Below, piece after piece: positions 39,911-51,454 of a stretch of DNA of 64,000 nucleotides (positions are counted from its first letter, which is position 1; every line of letters begins with the position of its first letter). The notes under the pieces are model-generated. The model had not been told where the DNA came from. It saw only the letters and a program-made list of their open reading frames with translations, and made no database searches. This DNA is from Elainellaceae cyanobacterium (GTDB taxonomy: Bacteria > Cyanobacteriota > Cyanobacteriia > CAZCXK01), in the NCBI GenBank assembly GCA_051117555.1, contig JBNPEG010000056.1, positions 1 through 64,000 of the forward strand, in the 5' to 3' direction. A program made the translations under genes and the position numbers.

Positions 39911-42745
39911 CTACGCCCCAAAATTTTGGGGGCGAACGGGCGTTTTTTTGAGCGGAGGTGCTGGCACGCCAGTGGCGATCGGAAGAATCAGACGACTTAA
40001 CACGCGCCCGTCTTCTAGGCGATATAGGTTAAATTCGCCGCCAATTTGCTGCATCAGCGATTGACAGATGGCAAGGTGTAGACCTGGCGGGTGATCGAGC
40101 GCAGATGGTGCTAGCAAATCTTCTGATCGCCCGGTGTGGAGTTCTTCGAGGAGGCGCTGGTCAATGACGCCATTATCGGTAATGGACAGCTCTAACCAAT
40201 GAAAATCAACGGGCCGACACCAAATATCGAGTCGGCCATTCGTGGGCGATCGCCTGCATGCGGCTGATAGCAGCTCATAGAGCACAAATTCAATCTTGGG
40301 AATATCTCCACCAATATTCAAATTTTGGTCATTGTGCACTTGCGACCAGAGCTGTCGCTGTTTGATCAGCCCTTCTGCCCGCTCCATCGACCGTTTGAGC
40401 AAACTCACGAGCGGGGTCGTTTCATAGTCGTTATAAAGCTGCCACTGCTCGTGCTTTAAGACCGGTGTGACTGCTGTGAGCATATTGCCAAGCTGACGCA
40501 AAATTTGGTGATACCGCATACTGGCTAGCGCATCTTTTTGGTGACTGAGCTCATTGAGGCGTCGCACTTCAGCACCCAGCGCTCGATAAAATTCTTCGAT
40601 GCGACGCTGTTTATACCAGTTGAGCCGTTCGAGGTCTTCTCGCTGGGCAGTCAAGCTCTCGGTAAGCATTAGATACCGACGCGACCAAGCGAGCTGGCTA
40701 GTCAGCATCCCTAAGACATTAAGCTGTCGATCTGACCACACTCGATTTAGAGAATCAGCGACCAGCAAGATGCCAGTGGATTCATGTTCGGGAGCCGTTC
40801 TTAGGGCGATCGCCAAGACCTGGCCAATGCCTGATCCGCTCAACCATTTACGAGTTTCCACAGATAAATGGTCGATGTTTATCGAAAATAATCCGTCTGT
40901 CTGTAATGCCCACTGGATTAGCGAATCGTCATCAACCGATACTCCCATATCCGAGGCGATCGCAAACTGATTATCGGTAACGGCTGCTGCGACGATGCGA
41001 GCCGTTTTGCGCCTAGGTAGCCACGTGACCAAGGCCGCTAATGGAGCGTCTAGCAAACCGGAAATATGCTGCATGGATGCCTGTTCGAGCTGATCAAGCT
41101 GGTGGGTCTGCTGCATAGCGGTCAGCCCCCACTGAATTGCCCGATACAATTGTTGCTGTTGCTTAACCTCGCTCTGAAGCTGCCACTGGTGCAAAATTAG
41201 ACCGATCTGCTGGCTCATTGCTCGCACGATTTCTCGCTCAGCCCGCGTCCAGGTGCGAGGAATCTCATGCCCGATGACGATTAGCCCTTCTAAGGGCTTG
41301 CCAATGGAGGTGCTGCATACTAAGAGCGATCGCACGTCGAGTTCTAGAAATTCTTCTCGCCACGCCATCAGCTTCAAATTGTCTTCGAGGTTTTCAACCC
41401 CGATGGCTTCACTGCTGCGCTCCAGCATGTGCCGATCCACCTCGTTTAACTGCTTGAGCGCACGGGTGAGCGGGCGGCGATTAACGGGCTGGCTCTGATA
41501 GCGAATTGTGAAATTGTTGTGGCTCTTGTCGTAGGTCAACACCCAAAATCGTTCGGCATCGAGGCGCTGACGCACGTGTTCGCCACATTTTTCCAAGGTT
41601 TTAAGCCAGTCATCGTCATTGTAGATGGCAGTTGCCACTCCAGACATCAGCGACTGGTCAAGCTTGATTTGCTGGATGGTCGCTTCCGGATCGTCGGTGG
41701 GCGCAGTGAGCGCGATGAGTTGTCCTGCGCCGCGCACATAGTCTTTTTCCTCTGCTGACCAGATTCGTCCACTATCCCCTTCAACGGAGAGGAACCCTAG
41801 TAGCTCATCTCGAAACAGAATCGGCGCAGCCAGTAGCGACTGAGCACGCAGTCGATTCATGAGCCTACCCATCATTCCAGTCTTCAGAGAGCTGTCTGCT
41901 TCTCCAATAGAAACAAGCTGATCGGCAGACAACGCTTGGTAAAAGCTATTAACTTCCTGGACGACAATTTCAGGCGGTGGCACCGGATTTCCCCGCGCAT
42001 CTGATCGCACCTGAGGCTGGCTAATGCGTTGCCAAAAGTAATGGCGAGACGGTTCAAACCAATAGATATTTGTGCGATCGGGCTGGATAAATTGATGCGT
42101 TTCCGCGGCGATCGCCTCTAGCCGATGTTCAAGAGTTGGGAGCGATCGCAGTCGAGTGAGCAGATGGAATAAGGGCTGGGCAGGTTGCTTGGTTTGCTGA
42201 CGCTGGCGATCGGTTTCGTGACGATATAGGGAAACAGCGAGCTCTCCTAAGAGCATCGACAATCGAGCCTTTTCTTCTGACTGGGGAGACACGCCCCATA
42301 GCTCTGACCCGAGTAGCGCAACGCCCATGCACCGGTCTTTGTATCGAATTGGGAAAATGATAGTCCCTTGAATATTTGATTTTTGGGCGACTTTGCGCCA
42401 TTCGCCAGCCCGAGGTTCTTCCCGCAAATCAGGCACGCCTAGCGGGCGCTGTTGAATTACCACCTGCTCAAGCAGATCGCCGGGTTTGAGGGTCAACTGC
42501 TGCTGCAAAAATTTTGAATCGCCGTTCGGAATCACGCCTCCGTGCCCTAGCAGATAGTGCCCTAGACGTTCGTATAGACCAATCCAAACGACTGCATAGT
42601 TAAATTCAGCGTCTAGATAGGACAGCGCACTCTGAATGAGCACATCGATGCGCTCCTCTTCTCTCAAGGTTTGCAAGACTCGCCCTAATGCGACGAGCTG
42701 TTTTTCATGGCTTAGTGACTCTTTATGCACGCTCATGTCACCCAA
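39911..42745 (-). CDS. Multi-GAF sensor with degenerate histidine-kinase-like C-terminus
   Basis: About 4 GAF-like repeats and a C-terminal DNG / PPGLHL region, with no recognisable H-box. Confidence 0.85.
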   Translation of the reverse strand: MGDMSVHKESLSHEKQLVALGRVLQTLREEERIDVLIQSALSYLDAEFNYAVVWIGLYERLGHYLLGHGGVIPNGDSKFLQQQLTLKPGDLLEQVVIQQRPLGVPDLREEPRAGEWRKVAQKSNIQGTIIFPIRYKDRCMGVALLGSELWGVSPQSEEKARLSMLLGELAVSLYRHETDRQRQQTKQPAQPLFHLLTRLRSLPTLEHRLEAIAAETHQFIQPDRTNIYWFEPSRHYFWQRISQPQVRSDARGNPVPPPEIVVQEVNSFYQALSADQLVSIGEADSSLKTGMMGRLMNRLRAQSLLAAPILFRDELLGFLSVEGDSGRIWSAEEKDYVRGAGQLIALTAPTDDPEATIQQIKLDQSLMSGVATAIYNDDDWLKTLEKCGEHVRQRLDAERFWVLTYDKSHNNFTIRYQSQPVNRRPLTRALKQLNEVDRHMLERSSEAIGVENLEDNLKLMAWREEFLELDVRSLLVCSTSIGKPLEGLIVIGHEIPRTWTRAEREIVRAMSQQIGLILHQWQLQSEVKQQQQLYRAIQWGLTAMQQTHQLDQLEQASMQHISGLLDAPLAALVTWLPRRKTARIVAAAVTDNQFAIASDMGVSVDDDSLIQWALQTDGLFSINIDHLSVETRKWLSGSGIGQVLAIALRTAPEHESTGILLVADSLNRVWSDRQLNVLGMLTSQLAWSRRYLMLTESLTAQREDLERLNWYKQRRIEEFYRALGAEVRRLNELSHQKDALASMRYHQILRQLGNMLTAVTPVLKHEQWQLYNDYETTPLVSLLKRSMERAEGLIKQRQLWSQVHNDQNLNIGGDIPKIEFVLYELLSAACRRSPTNGRLDIWCRPVDFHWLELSITDNGVIDQRLLEELHTGRSEDLLAPSALDHPPGLHLAICQSLMQQIGGEFNLYRLEDGRVLSRLILPIATGVPAPPLKKTPVRPQNFGA

Positions 42746-42958
42746 TGTCTGTCCTATCTGGGCTGTTTAGAATTGATTTCAGGAAATCATGGAATGAGAG
42801 CAAATGAAACTAGAACTCCGACGAATGGCGCTTACTATACATTAGAGAGTGCCCTCATTTGAGAGTGCCATTACTGAGGTCAGCCATATCGGATATCCCC
42901 CATTAGTTAGCGACCTTAACAAAATTGACTGTCGAACTTTACTCAACCTCTCGAATTT

Positions 42959-44107
42959 ATGGGCAAACCTCTAAACTTTGATGTCGATGTCTACCGATCT
43001 GGGATTCGCCCCCTCTTATTTTCTACGCTCGATGCTGATCCTGAATGGCTTCATCAACAAACGATTAAAGCACTAAGCTGGCTTGGTGACCATCACAGCT
43101 CAACGCGCTGGTGGTTTGAACGAATTGAGCGATCGCTGTGCCGCCAGTTTGACACCCTCCAGCAAGAGCGATGGGGATTGACCTTTGCGAACCCCGTTGG
43201 GTTGGCAGCCGGATTTGATAAAGATGGTCTAGCTGCAACCATGTGGTCTAGGGTGGGGTTCGGCTTTGCCGAACTCGGAACAGTCACCTTGCATCCTCAG
43301 CCCGGAAATCCCCGTCCTCGCCTATTTAGGTTGCGTGATGACCGAGCAGCACTCAATCGGATGGGATTTAACAATCAGGGGGCCGCCGCCATGATGCTTA
43401 GACTCCAGAATACGTGGCATGTTCGACCGCGCGACATCCCAATTGGGATCAATCTCGGTAAGTCTAAGGTAACACCGCTGGAGAAAGCATCTGAAGACTA
43501 CCGGGAGAGCTTTAGACTCCTTAAAGATCTGGGCGATTATTTTGTCATTAATGTGTCCTCACCCAATACGCCGGGGTTGCGATCGCTCCAGGCCGCCGAA
43601 CAACTCGAGCCGATTTTGGCGGCACTCCAGCAGGAAAATCAGGCTCATAAGCCGTTGCTAATCAAAATTGCGCCTGATTTAAGCTGGGAGGCGATCGCCA
43701 CCATCCTGGAATTAGCGCAGACCCATCACCTTGCTGGCATCATCGCCACCAATACCACCATTAGCCGAGAAGGCTTGAAGACCCAGATTATTTCTAAGAC
43801 TGGCAAATCCATTCATGAGGAAGCTGGAGGCATCAGTGGAGCCCCTCTGCGCGATCGCTCAACAGAGGTGATTCGCTTCATCTATCAACACACGCAGGGG
43901 AAATTGCCCATTATTGGGGTAGGGGGCATTTTTACCGCCGATCACGCCTGGGAAAAGATTGCAGCGGGTGCCTGCCTGCTTCAAATCTACACAGGATGGA
44001 TTTATGAAGGGCCGTGGATGGTGCGCCGCATTTTGGATGGCCTCGATCAGAAGCTTCGGGAAAATGGACTGTCAACGATTGAAGAGGCAATCGGGCGGGG
44101 GGGATAG
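42959..44107 (+). CDS. pyrD: Quinone-dependent dihydroorotate dehydrogenase
   Basis: [26 protein letters not shown] and KIAPDL motifs. Confidence 0.97.
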   Translation: MGKPLNFDVDVYRSGIRPLLFSTLDADPEWLHQQTIKALSWLGDHHSSTRWWFERIERSLCRQFDTLQQERWGLTFANPVGLAAGFDKDGLAATMWSRVGFGFAELGTVTLHPQPGNPRPRLFRLRDDRAALNRMGFNNQGAAAMMLRLQNTWHVRPRDIPIGINLGKSKVTPLEKASEDYRESFRLLKDLGDYFVINVSSPNTPGLRSLQAAEQLEPILAALQQENQAHKPLLIKIAPDLSWEAIATILELAQTHHLAGIIATNTTISREGLKTQIISKTGKSIHEEAGGISGAPLRDRSTEVIRFIYQHTQGKLPIIGVGGIFTADHAWEKIAAGACLLQIYTGWIYEGPWMVRRILDGLDQKLRENGLSTIEEAIGRGG

Positions 44108-44235
44108 CGAGTCAGACGCAGAGGGGCAATAGGATCGATGCAATCAGAACCAGGCGATCAAGAGGACTCGTAAATAGGACAAGCAGAAGAGAAAGACACG
44201 GTAAAATATATCGGTTGTGTTCTGGACTACCTGCC

Positions 44236-45531
44236 TTGATAGAACGTTACACCCTGCCCGAAATGGGCGATCTGTGGACAGACCGCTATAAATTTAAAAC
44301 CTGGCTTCAGGTAGAAATTGCGGTCTGTGAAGCTCAGGCAGAACTGGGCTACATTACCGCTGAGGCCGTTGAAACCATCAAGGCACGTGCAGATTTTGAT
44401 CCGCAGCGCATTTTAGAAATTGAGGCAGACGTACGTCATGACATGATCGCATTTCTGACCAATGTCAATGAATATGTTGGAGATGCAGGGCGATATATCC
44501 ATCTGGGGATGACCAGTTCTGATGTGCTGGATACCGCACTTGCGCTGCAACTGGTTGCCAGTTTAGATGTGCTTTTGGGAGAGATTGAAAAGCTCATTCA
44601 CGCGATTCGCTATCAAGCGCAGCAGCATCGATATACGGTGATGATTGGGCGATCGCACGGCATTCATGCCGAACCGATCACCTTCGGGTTTAAGCTGGCA
44701 GGTTGGCTAGCCGAAGTGTTGCGTCATCGCGATCGCCTCTGCCAGCTTCAGAAAACGATTGCGGTGGGCAAAATCTCTGGAGCGGTGGGCACCTATGCCA
44801 ATATTGGCCCCGAAGTCGAAGCACTGGCCTGTCAAAAACTCGGCCTCTACCCCGATACGGCCTCCACCCAAGTGATTTCGCGCGATCGCCACGCTGATTT
44901 TATGCAAGCACTGGCGCTATTAGCGGCGTCGATTGAGCGATTTTCAGTCGAGATTCGCAACCTTCAGCGAACCGACGTCTTGGAAGTCGAAGAATATTTT
45001 TCTAAAGGGCAAAAAGGCTCGTCTGCGATGCCCCACAAGCGAAATCCCATCCGTTCTGAGCGCCTCACCGGCTTGGCTCGCATTGTTCGCGGTCATGCGA
45101 TGGCGGCTCTTGAAAATGTGGCGCTCTGGCACGAACGAGATATTTCTCACAGCTCGGTAGAACGGGTCATTCTGCCAGACGCCTGTATCATCACCCATTT
45201 TATGATGGTAGAAACGACAGATTTGGTCAAAAATTTGCTGATTTATCCAGAAAACATGGAACGCAACATGAACTGCTACGGCGGCGTTGTTTTCAGCCAG
45301 CGAGTTCTTTTGGCATTAGTCGAACATGGAATGAACCGCGAAGACGCCTATCAGATTGTGCAGTCGTGCGCCCATAGTGCCTGGAATACCGTAGACGGTG
45401 ATTTTCGAGCGTTAGTTACAGCCAATCCTCAGGTAAACACCCTGCTCTCAGCCGAAGAAATTGTCGCGTGCTTTGACCCCCAGCATCACCTCAAGCATTT
45501 AGAGCAGGTCTATCAACGCCTCAATATTTAG
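44236..45531 (+). CDS. purB: Adenylosuccinate lyase
   Basis: (M)IERY start, GRSHG.HAEP and SSAMPHKRNP motifs. Confidence 0.97.
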   Translation: MIERYTLPEMGDLWTDRYKFKTWLQVEIAVCEAQAELGYITAEAVETIKARADFDPQRILEIEADVRHDMIAFLTNVNEYVGDAGRYIHLGMTSSDVLDTALALQLVASLDVLLGEIEKLIHAIRYQAQQHRYTVMIGRSHGIHAEPITFGFKLAGWLAEVLRHRDRLCQLQKTIAVGKISGAVGTYANIGPEVEALACQKLGLYPDTASTQVISRDRHADFMQALALLAASIERFSVEIRNLQRTDVLEVEEYFSKGQKGSSAMPHKRNPIRSERLTGLARIVRGHAMAALENVALWHERDISHSSVERVILPDACIITHFMMVETTDLVKNLLIYPENMERNMNCYGGVVFSQRVLLALVEHGMNREDAYQIVQSCAHSAWNTVDGDFRALVTANPQVNTLLSAEEIVACFDPQHHLKHLEQVYQRLNI

Positions 45532-45536
45532 AGCCC

Positions 45537-46385
45537 TTATGAACACAGTGCCGCTGCATGATGGCGAATGTGATCGCCCATAAACGTCGAGATAAAATAA
45601 TAGCTATGGTCATAATCAGGCTGCATCCTCAAGGTGACGGGTTGCCCTGCTGTTTTACAGGACTGTTCAAACACCTCGGGAAGCAATTGTTGGTCGGCTA
45701 AGAATGAGTCGGCACCACCTTGGTCAATTAAAATCGGACGACCATACTTAGACGTCAGCACCAGTTCGCTAGCATCATAGGCTTTCCATGTGTCTCGATC
45801 GGCGCCGAGATAATTTGTGAACGCCTTCTGACCCCACGGGCAGCGCATCGGAGCTGAAATGGGAGCAAACGCTGAGACTGACCGATAGCGATCGCCATTC
45901 TTGAGTGCGCAAATCAGCGCCCCATGACCTCCCATCGAATGTCCAAAAATGCTTTCTCGATTTGGATCACAGGGGAAGTGCGACTTAATAATTTCTGGCA
46001 ATTCTTCCGTGACGTAGCTATACATGCGATAGCACTGGCTCCACGGCTCAACCGTTGCATCCACATAAAATCCAGCGCCTGTGCCAAAATCCCAATCGGT
46101 TTCTTCACCCGGTATTCCAGCATCACGCGGGCTCGTATCAGGTGCCACGAGCATGATGCCGTGTTCTGCTGCATAGCGCTGCGCGCCTGACTTTGCCATA
46201 AAATTTTCTTCGGTGCAGGTCAACCCAGAAAGAAAATAGAGAATCGGAACCGATTGAGATTGGGCTTGGGGAGGCATGTAAACGGAAAAGCGCATGTCTC
46301 CTTTGCAGCTTTCCGACGGGTGGGTGTAAAAACCGACAGAACCACCAAAGCAGCGATGTTCTTTGACCAACGTTGGCACAGGCAT
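45537..46385 (-). CDS. fghA: S-formylglutathione hydrolase
   Basis: LSGLTC, G.GAGFY.DAT, GHSMGG and YDHSYYF motifs. Confidence 0.95.
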   Translation of the reverse strand: MPVPTLVKEHRCFGGSVGFYTHPSESCKGDMRFSVYMPPQAQSQSVPILYFLSGLTCTEENFMAKSGAQRYAAEHGIMLVAPDTSPRDAGIPGEETDWDFGTGAGFYVDATVEPWSQCYRMYSYVTEELPEIIKSHFPCDPNRESIFGHSMGGHGALICALKNGDRYRSVSAFAPISAPMRCPWGQKAFTNYLGADRDTWKAYDASELVLTSKYGRPILIDQGGADSFLADQQLLPEVFEQSCKTAGQPVTLRMQPDYDHSYYFISTFMGDHIRHHAAALCS

Positions 46386-46495
46386 GGTGAAATTTGTTCT
46401 CAGCGCAGCATCGTGAGCATTCTATCGTGTACTCTGTGCCTTTGCGGGTCTGTCAATCAAGTCATACTGTTGTGACACGCCACTAGGACTCTTGT

Positions 46496-47281
46496 TTATG
46501 CTCGACCCGCAAACTCATTCAATAGGATTCCATCCTGCAAATGAGACACTCGATCCGCCAAGTCTAAGATGCGTGGGTCGTGGGTGGCGATGAGCACCGT
46601 GCAGCTTTTTTCTTTAGCAAGACGGCGCATCGATTCGACAACGAGCTGTCCATTTTTAGAATCGAGGGAGGCTGTGGGTTCATCGGCGATGATGATGGGT
46701 GGGCTGCCTGCCAGCGATCGCGCAACGGCAACTCGCTGCTGCTGCCCTCCGGAAAGCTGTTTGGGTAGATGATTGGCGCGATCGCCCAACCCAATGGCTT
46801 GTAGAAGTTCGAGCGATTCTCGTCGGGCAATATTTTCTCGAATGCCCTGAATTTTTAGCACGGTTTCCACATTTTCGAGTGCCGTGAGCGATCGCAGCAG
46901 ATTGCTCTCTTGAAACAAAATGCCAATATTTTTTAAGCGGAATCGATCGAGCTGTGGGCGAGACAGGGTGGTGAGGTCTCGCCCCAACAGTTGAATTCGC
47001 CCACGAGTCGGTGTTAGTAGCCCAGATAACAGCAACAGCAGGGTCGTTTTTCCGGCACCGGAGGGGCCCATAATCATGTGCACGTCGCCCTTGAGCACAT
47101 CCAAATTCACAGACTTCAATGCCTGAACCTCTTGGGACGTGCGGTAGACCATCTCAAGATCGCGAGCAGCGATCGCGGTATTTGTCGACCGATCGGATGC
47201 ATCCTGCCGAATGGGAACATCCAGCGCTGGGTTAGTCGATGTTGTGTCGTTTGAATGAAGGATGAAGCGTAACATACGCAC
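46496..47281 (-). CDS. ABC transporter ATP-binding protein (LolD/DevA-like); start uncertain
   Basis: GPSGAGKT, LSGGQQQR and DEPT motifs. Confidence 0.9.
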   Translation of the reverse strand: MRMLRFILHSNDTTSTNPALDVPIRQDASDRSTNTAIAARDLEMVYRTSQEVQALKSVNLDVLKGDVHMIMGPSGAGKTTLLLLLSGLLTPTRGRIQLLGRDLTTLSRPQLDRFRLKNIGILFQESNLLRSLTALENVETVLKIQGIRENIARRESLELLQAIGLGDRANHLPKQLSGGQQQRVAVARSLAGSPPIIIADEPTASLDSKNGQLVVESMRRLAKEKSCTVLIATHDPRILDLADRVSHLQDGILLNEFAGRA

Positions 47282-47510
47282 GAATAGGATAATGGGTGCT
47301 CACGATGAAGTGGCATAGCCCTTAGCTAAGACCCTTTACGATACACATCCCCACACCGAGTAATCCTAGTTTCATTGTCTTGCTGATGGGGCTCAGTCAA
47401 ACAGTTGAGTCAAGAAACGTAATGAAATAGGAAGAACCCACGTTTAACCTTAATGAATATGATGGGGTTTATGACCCCACACACTTTAATGCGCCACATA
47501 CTTTAATGAG

Positions 47511-47731
47511 TAGTGGTTTGACATGCCTAAAATAGTACAAATCCTTAAAGGGTTGAAGCTCTTGAAACCGGTGCGTTACACTGCGCTAACGACACCCTAC
47601 CTAATGCACAATTTTAGACGTGCTATGCCAGTAGTGGTTTGACACGCCTAAAATAGTAGGTTGGGTTACGCTATCGCTAACCCAACGAAAGGGTTTCTGC
47701 TGTTGGGTTGAGGTTACGAAACCCAACCTAC
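47511..47731. repeat. Cluster of REP-like palindromes with duplicated TAGTGGTTTGACAYGCCTAAAATAGTA
   Basis: 27-bp duplication at ~47511 and ~47633. GTAG-ended palindromes resemble those at 18080, 22512 and 24329. Confidence 0.7.
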
Positions 47732-47788
47732 ATTTGATTCCGCCCACCTACTTACAAACTTCTCAGAATCAAATAGATTCATGAAAAC

Positions 47789-48328
47789 TTATTTGACTAC
47801 TTCAGAGGCTTTTTCAGAGGCTTTTTCAGAGGCTTCGGATGCTTTCTGAGCTGCTTGCTCAGCAGTCTCCTGGGCATTCTGCTTGAGATTTTGTGCACCT
47901 TTACGAGCACCTTCCGTGACGTTTTCTACTGCCTGCTCAGCAGACTCTCCGACATCTTTTGAAAAGTTTTTGACTCGCTCATCAATAGGTTCGCCCTCTT
48001 GAAAGCTTTCAACAAATTCTTCAGGACTGTTCACCTGTCCGACATTCTCTTTTGCATTCTTGACTAGACGTTTTGCCTTCGCCTCAGCTGCACTGGTATC
48101 GCGCTGAGGCACAGTGTCCTCATGCTGATTCATGCCGCCTTTTTGCTCTTGAGTCGGTTTGTAAAGCTCTGTTTGCTGACCTCTATTCTCAGAATAGGAA
48201 CCTTCCCCCGATACTCGCGGGGACTGAGGGTTACACGCCGTACCCAACAGGAGTAGCGTGCCTGCTAAGAAAATGCCAAGTACTCGATTTAACCGAACGG
48301 ATTTCAGAATCTGCTTTATTCTATTCAT
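47789..48328 (-). CDS. Secreted/lipoprotein-like hydrophilic hypothetical protein (LEA-like tail)
   Basis: Signal with TAC lipobox-like motif, GGMN..D and Ala/Glu/Lys-rich helices. Confidence 0.7.
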   Translation of the reverse strand: MNRIKQILKSVRLNRVLGIFLAGTLLLLGTACNPQSPRVSGEGSYSENRGQQTELYKPTQEQKGGMNQHEDTVPQRDTSAAEAKAKRLVKNAKENVGQVNSPEEFVESFQEGEPIDERVKNFSKDVGESAEQAVENVTEGARKGAQNLKQNAQETAEQAAQKASEASEKASEKASEVVK

Positions 48329-48696
48329 AGAAATACTCCTGAACGCTGCAACAATGAAGGATGAAAAGAATGGAAAAAGTGCGTTGCACTTACGCATCGC
48401 ATTCAAAATATGGCAGAGGCATGTCGAAAGCATGCCATTTGCATGCCATTTGCTTTCAACTGAAATTCTGCATTTAGATTATTCACCTCTAATACGGTAA
48501 TGCATGACACAGAACTTTTTAATCTAACTAAAGTGCATACTTTGCGTCTGCCTTTTGAATCAGAAGGATGATCAGATAGTCGAAAGCAGTTGCATCGTAG
48601 AGCGATTTTTTGTTTCGACTAGCACGGGTAAATCAACTGTTGTGAGGCGTCCACGGTCAATTATTACAGTCACAACAGGGAACGTGGCAATGAGTA

Positions 48697-48766
48697 ATAC
48701 CATTTCTGGACTTAGCGCCATTGACAATTGCGATATGTCTGTAAATCCAAAATCGAGAATTGGTAT
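48697..48766. repeat. Shorter member of the ATACCAATTCT MITE-like family
   Basis: ATACCATTTCT...AAATCCAAAATCGAGAATTGGTAT. Confidence 0.6.
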
Positions 48767-48803
48767 AACCTAATACCCAGAACATCCAGATAACCCCATT
48801 GTT

Positions 48804-50105
48804 ATGCATCAGCCCAAAGAGCCGACCGAGCCAATTGACTCGCAGACGTCCAAATTCTTTGCATGGTTCCCCCAACTCAATCGAGCCATTTGGATTTTAG
48901 CCGGAGGGCAACTGCTGCTGTTCATTGGTCAAGGATTCACGCAGGTTTATGCATCGATTTATTTTGTGAATCAGTTAGGCTTTTCTCCAACGCAGGTGGG
49001 TTTAGCCCTGAGCAGCGGCGGCATTTCTGGCACGGTGGGACGGTTTTGGGCAGGCAATGCCATTGACTCGCGTTTGGGGCGACGAGGCACATTATTACTT
49101 GCGGCGAACATCTCTGCACTCGCATGCTTTTGCTTGGCATTTGCCAATACGTTCCTCTTGCTGGTTGTCGGGAATCTGCTGCTAGGACTTGGCATTAGCC
49201 TTTATTGGCCGGCGACTCTGGCGGTGACCACTGACCTGACCACGTCGGATAACCGAGCAGAAGCCTTCGCTCTGACTCGACTGGTCGATAATCTTGGCTT
49301 AGGGCTGGGAGCATTATTAGCAGGGCAGTATATTGCGATGTCGGGGAGCTACTGGGTTTTATTTCTCATCAAAGGAGTTGCCTATCTTTTGTTTGGCATC
49401 GTGATTTATCTGGCGATCGCCGAAACGCGGCAGCCCCAAACCCAGTCTCGTAATCTGCTGAAGAACTGGCAGCAAGCTTTGAGCGATCGCACTTTAATCA
49501 CCTATCTAATTGCCAATCTATTTTTTACGACCTACGCCGCTCAGATCAGCAGTACGCTGCCCTTATATTTGTCGAACTTTGTACCCGGAGGCAACACCCA
49601 GACCGGATTTTCAGAGCAGTGGATTAGCTACTTTTTTGGATGGCATGCCCTACTAAAAATTGTGTTTCAGCTTCCCATCACTCGCACTGTCAAGCTGATG
49701 AATCATGTCACCATCTTGCTGATTGCGCTGATCGTCTGGTGCGGAGGTTTTTTGCTAGTTTGGGTGACTGGTGTAATGCCCACAAACGCGCTGATCGGTA
49801 TCATCGGCGCATTTGCGCTAATTGCGATCGCTGAAATTTTATATGCTCCGGCGGCAACGGCGCTCGTAGGGGACATGGCACCCGTCAATTTAAGGGGTAT
49901 CTACTTCTCGTTAGAGTCTGAATGCTGGGCGATCGGGTTTATGATTGGGCCTGCGATTGGGGGATGGGCATTGGATCATCCCGATACGGTAGGCGCAAAT
50001 TTTTGGCTGATCTTGATTTCGAGTGCTGGCATAGCTGGTACCATCCTTCTACTTCTCAAACGTCAGATAGCTGCCGCCCCAGAGACGGATGAATCACTAG
50101 TATGA
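48804..50105 (+). CDS. MFS transporter
   Basis: G...D.R.GRR motif and 12 TMs. Confidence 0.88.
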   Translation: MHQPKEPTEPIDSQTSKFFAWFPQLNRAIWILAGGQLLLFIGQGFTQVYASIYFVNQLGFSPTQVGLALSSGGISGTVGRFWAGNAIDSRLGRRGTLLLAANISALACFCLAFANTFLLLVVGNLLLGLGISLYWPATLAVTTDLTTSDNRAEAFALTRLVDNLGLGLGALLAGQYIAMSGSYWVLFLIKGVAYLLFGIVIYLAIAETRQPQTQSRNLLKNWQQALSDRTLITYLIANLFFTTYAAQISSTLPLYLSNFVPGGNTQTGFSEQWISYFFGWHALLKIVFQLPITRTVKLMNHVTILLIALIVWCGGFLLVWVTGVMPTNALIGIIGAFALIAIAEILYAPAATALVGDMAPVNLRGIYFSLESECWAIGFMIGPAIGGWALDHPDTVGANFWLILISSAGIAGTILLLLKRQIAAAPETDESLV

Positions 50106-50429
50106 GAATCTTGATGGTTAATTAATCGGCGTTGCTGAATTTAGGAATGATTTATGGATGTGAATTCTGACTGTACGGGCGGTTTCTCCAGTCGGAGACG
50201 CTGCGCGTTTCTTGAATGCCGCAGGCGCCGCCCGCCCCACCGCTCACAGCCTATCTGGGATTGCTATATCAATATCGTGTCTTTAAATTCGTCTCTTAAA
50301 AAATGTCCTGATGGTGCTGAAATCCGTAGAGAAAGTAAGAAGGAATTCTATTGCCAGAACCGGCATGATTGCTTGAGATTACGTGTTTGCTCAAACTCTG
50401 AAGCCGTTAAATTCACCTGGACGTGTTGA

Positions 50430-51440
50430 ATGATTCGCGTTTTGTTAGTTGACGACCAAGCAATTTTATGCCAAGCCTTACAGACGTGGCTGGAGCAAGA
50501 GTCCGACATTGAAGTTGTCGGACGCGCTTACAACGGCTATGACGCGATCACGCAGGCCAAAGGAAGTCATCCTGATGTGGTACTCATTGACATTGAAATG
50601 CCGGATATGGATGGCATCGAAGCCACGCGCATTCTTTGCCAGGCTTTTTCAAACATGAAGGTGATTGTGCTGAGTAGCCACAATGATGATGCGTATCTGG
50701 CTAGAGCGGTTCGAGCGGGCGCAAAGGGCTATTTATTAAAAACAACGTCCGCTGAAGATTTAGCTAATACGATTCGTTCGGTTCATCGCGGCTACGGGCA
50801 GTTTGGCCCTGGGCTATTTGAGAAACTCGTAGCGAGAGTGACACCGTTGAAGACAGAGGCGATCGCTCCAGAGACGGCAGATGAATCAGTCTTATCAGAG
50901 ACAGACCTGACCCTACTTCTACAGCGGTTTGATGTCGATGCATTGCCAGAGGCCGTCACCCATATTCTCGATCAACGGGGCGCATCCAACGTGGTGAATC
51001 GCCTAAATGCCCATTTGAAAACTGACTCAACTAATTTGTCAGCTCTTTATTTGGCCGGTGCACTCTCTCATCGTGGGCAACACCGCACGCTGGCCGCCTT
51101 TCAATATCTTCGCTTTGGTTTCAAAGAAGGCATTCGACAACAGCTTTCACCAGAGGGATTATTGCTGTTTTATCGAGAAGGTGTGCTACTGCGTCCTGAT
51201 GAGGCGTTTGCCTGGCTCATGCAACCGGATAGCCCTTGGAGTACCCACTCGGGTAGTGCATTCCTTTTGCAAGAGGCAACTCACCGATTCGGAGCAACCT
51301 CCAAGCTGTGTCAGCGGCTTCAGATTTGGTACCAAATCAAGTCTCTGCATCAGTTTGGAGAAGACTGTTTGGCGTTAGAAACAAAAGTAACTGCCTTGCA
51401 GCAAGGGTTTGCGAGGCTCAATCAAGCATTGACGCTGTGA
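50430..51440 (+). CDS. NarL-type response regulator receiver fused to an unrecognised C-terminal domain
   Basis: VLLVDD, D.VL.D..MP..DG and GAKGYLLK motifs. No LuxR HTH visible. Confidence 0.85.
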   Translation: MIRVLLVDDQAILCQALQTWLEQESDIEVVGRAYNGYDAITQAKGSHPDVVLIDIEMPDMDGIEATRILCQAFSNMKVIVLSSHNDDAYLARAVRAGAKGYLLKTTSAEDLANTIRSVHRGYGQFGPGLFEKLVARVTPLKTEAIAPETADESVLSETDLTLLLQRFDVDALPEAVTHILDQRGASNVVNRLNAHLKTDSTNLSALYLAGALSHRGQHRTLAAFQYLRFGFKEGIRQQLSPEGLLLFYREGVLLRPDEAFAWLMQPDSPWSTHSGSAFLLQEATHRFGATSKLCQRLQIWYQIKSLHQFGEDCLALETKVTALQQGFARLNQALTL

Positions 51441-51454
51441 GGTTTGACAGGCTA

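Noticed and set aside
47281..47500. Riboswitch or ncRNA in the long intergenic region
   Set aside because: No known riboswitch consensus recognised by eye. An Rfam scan would be needed.
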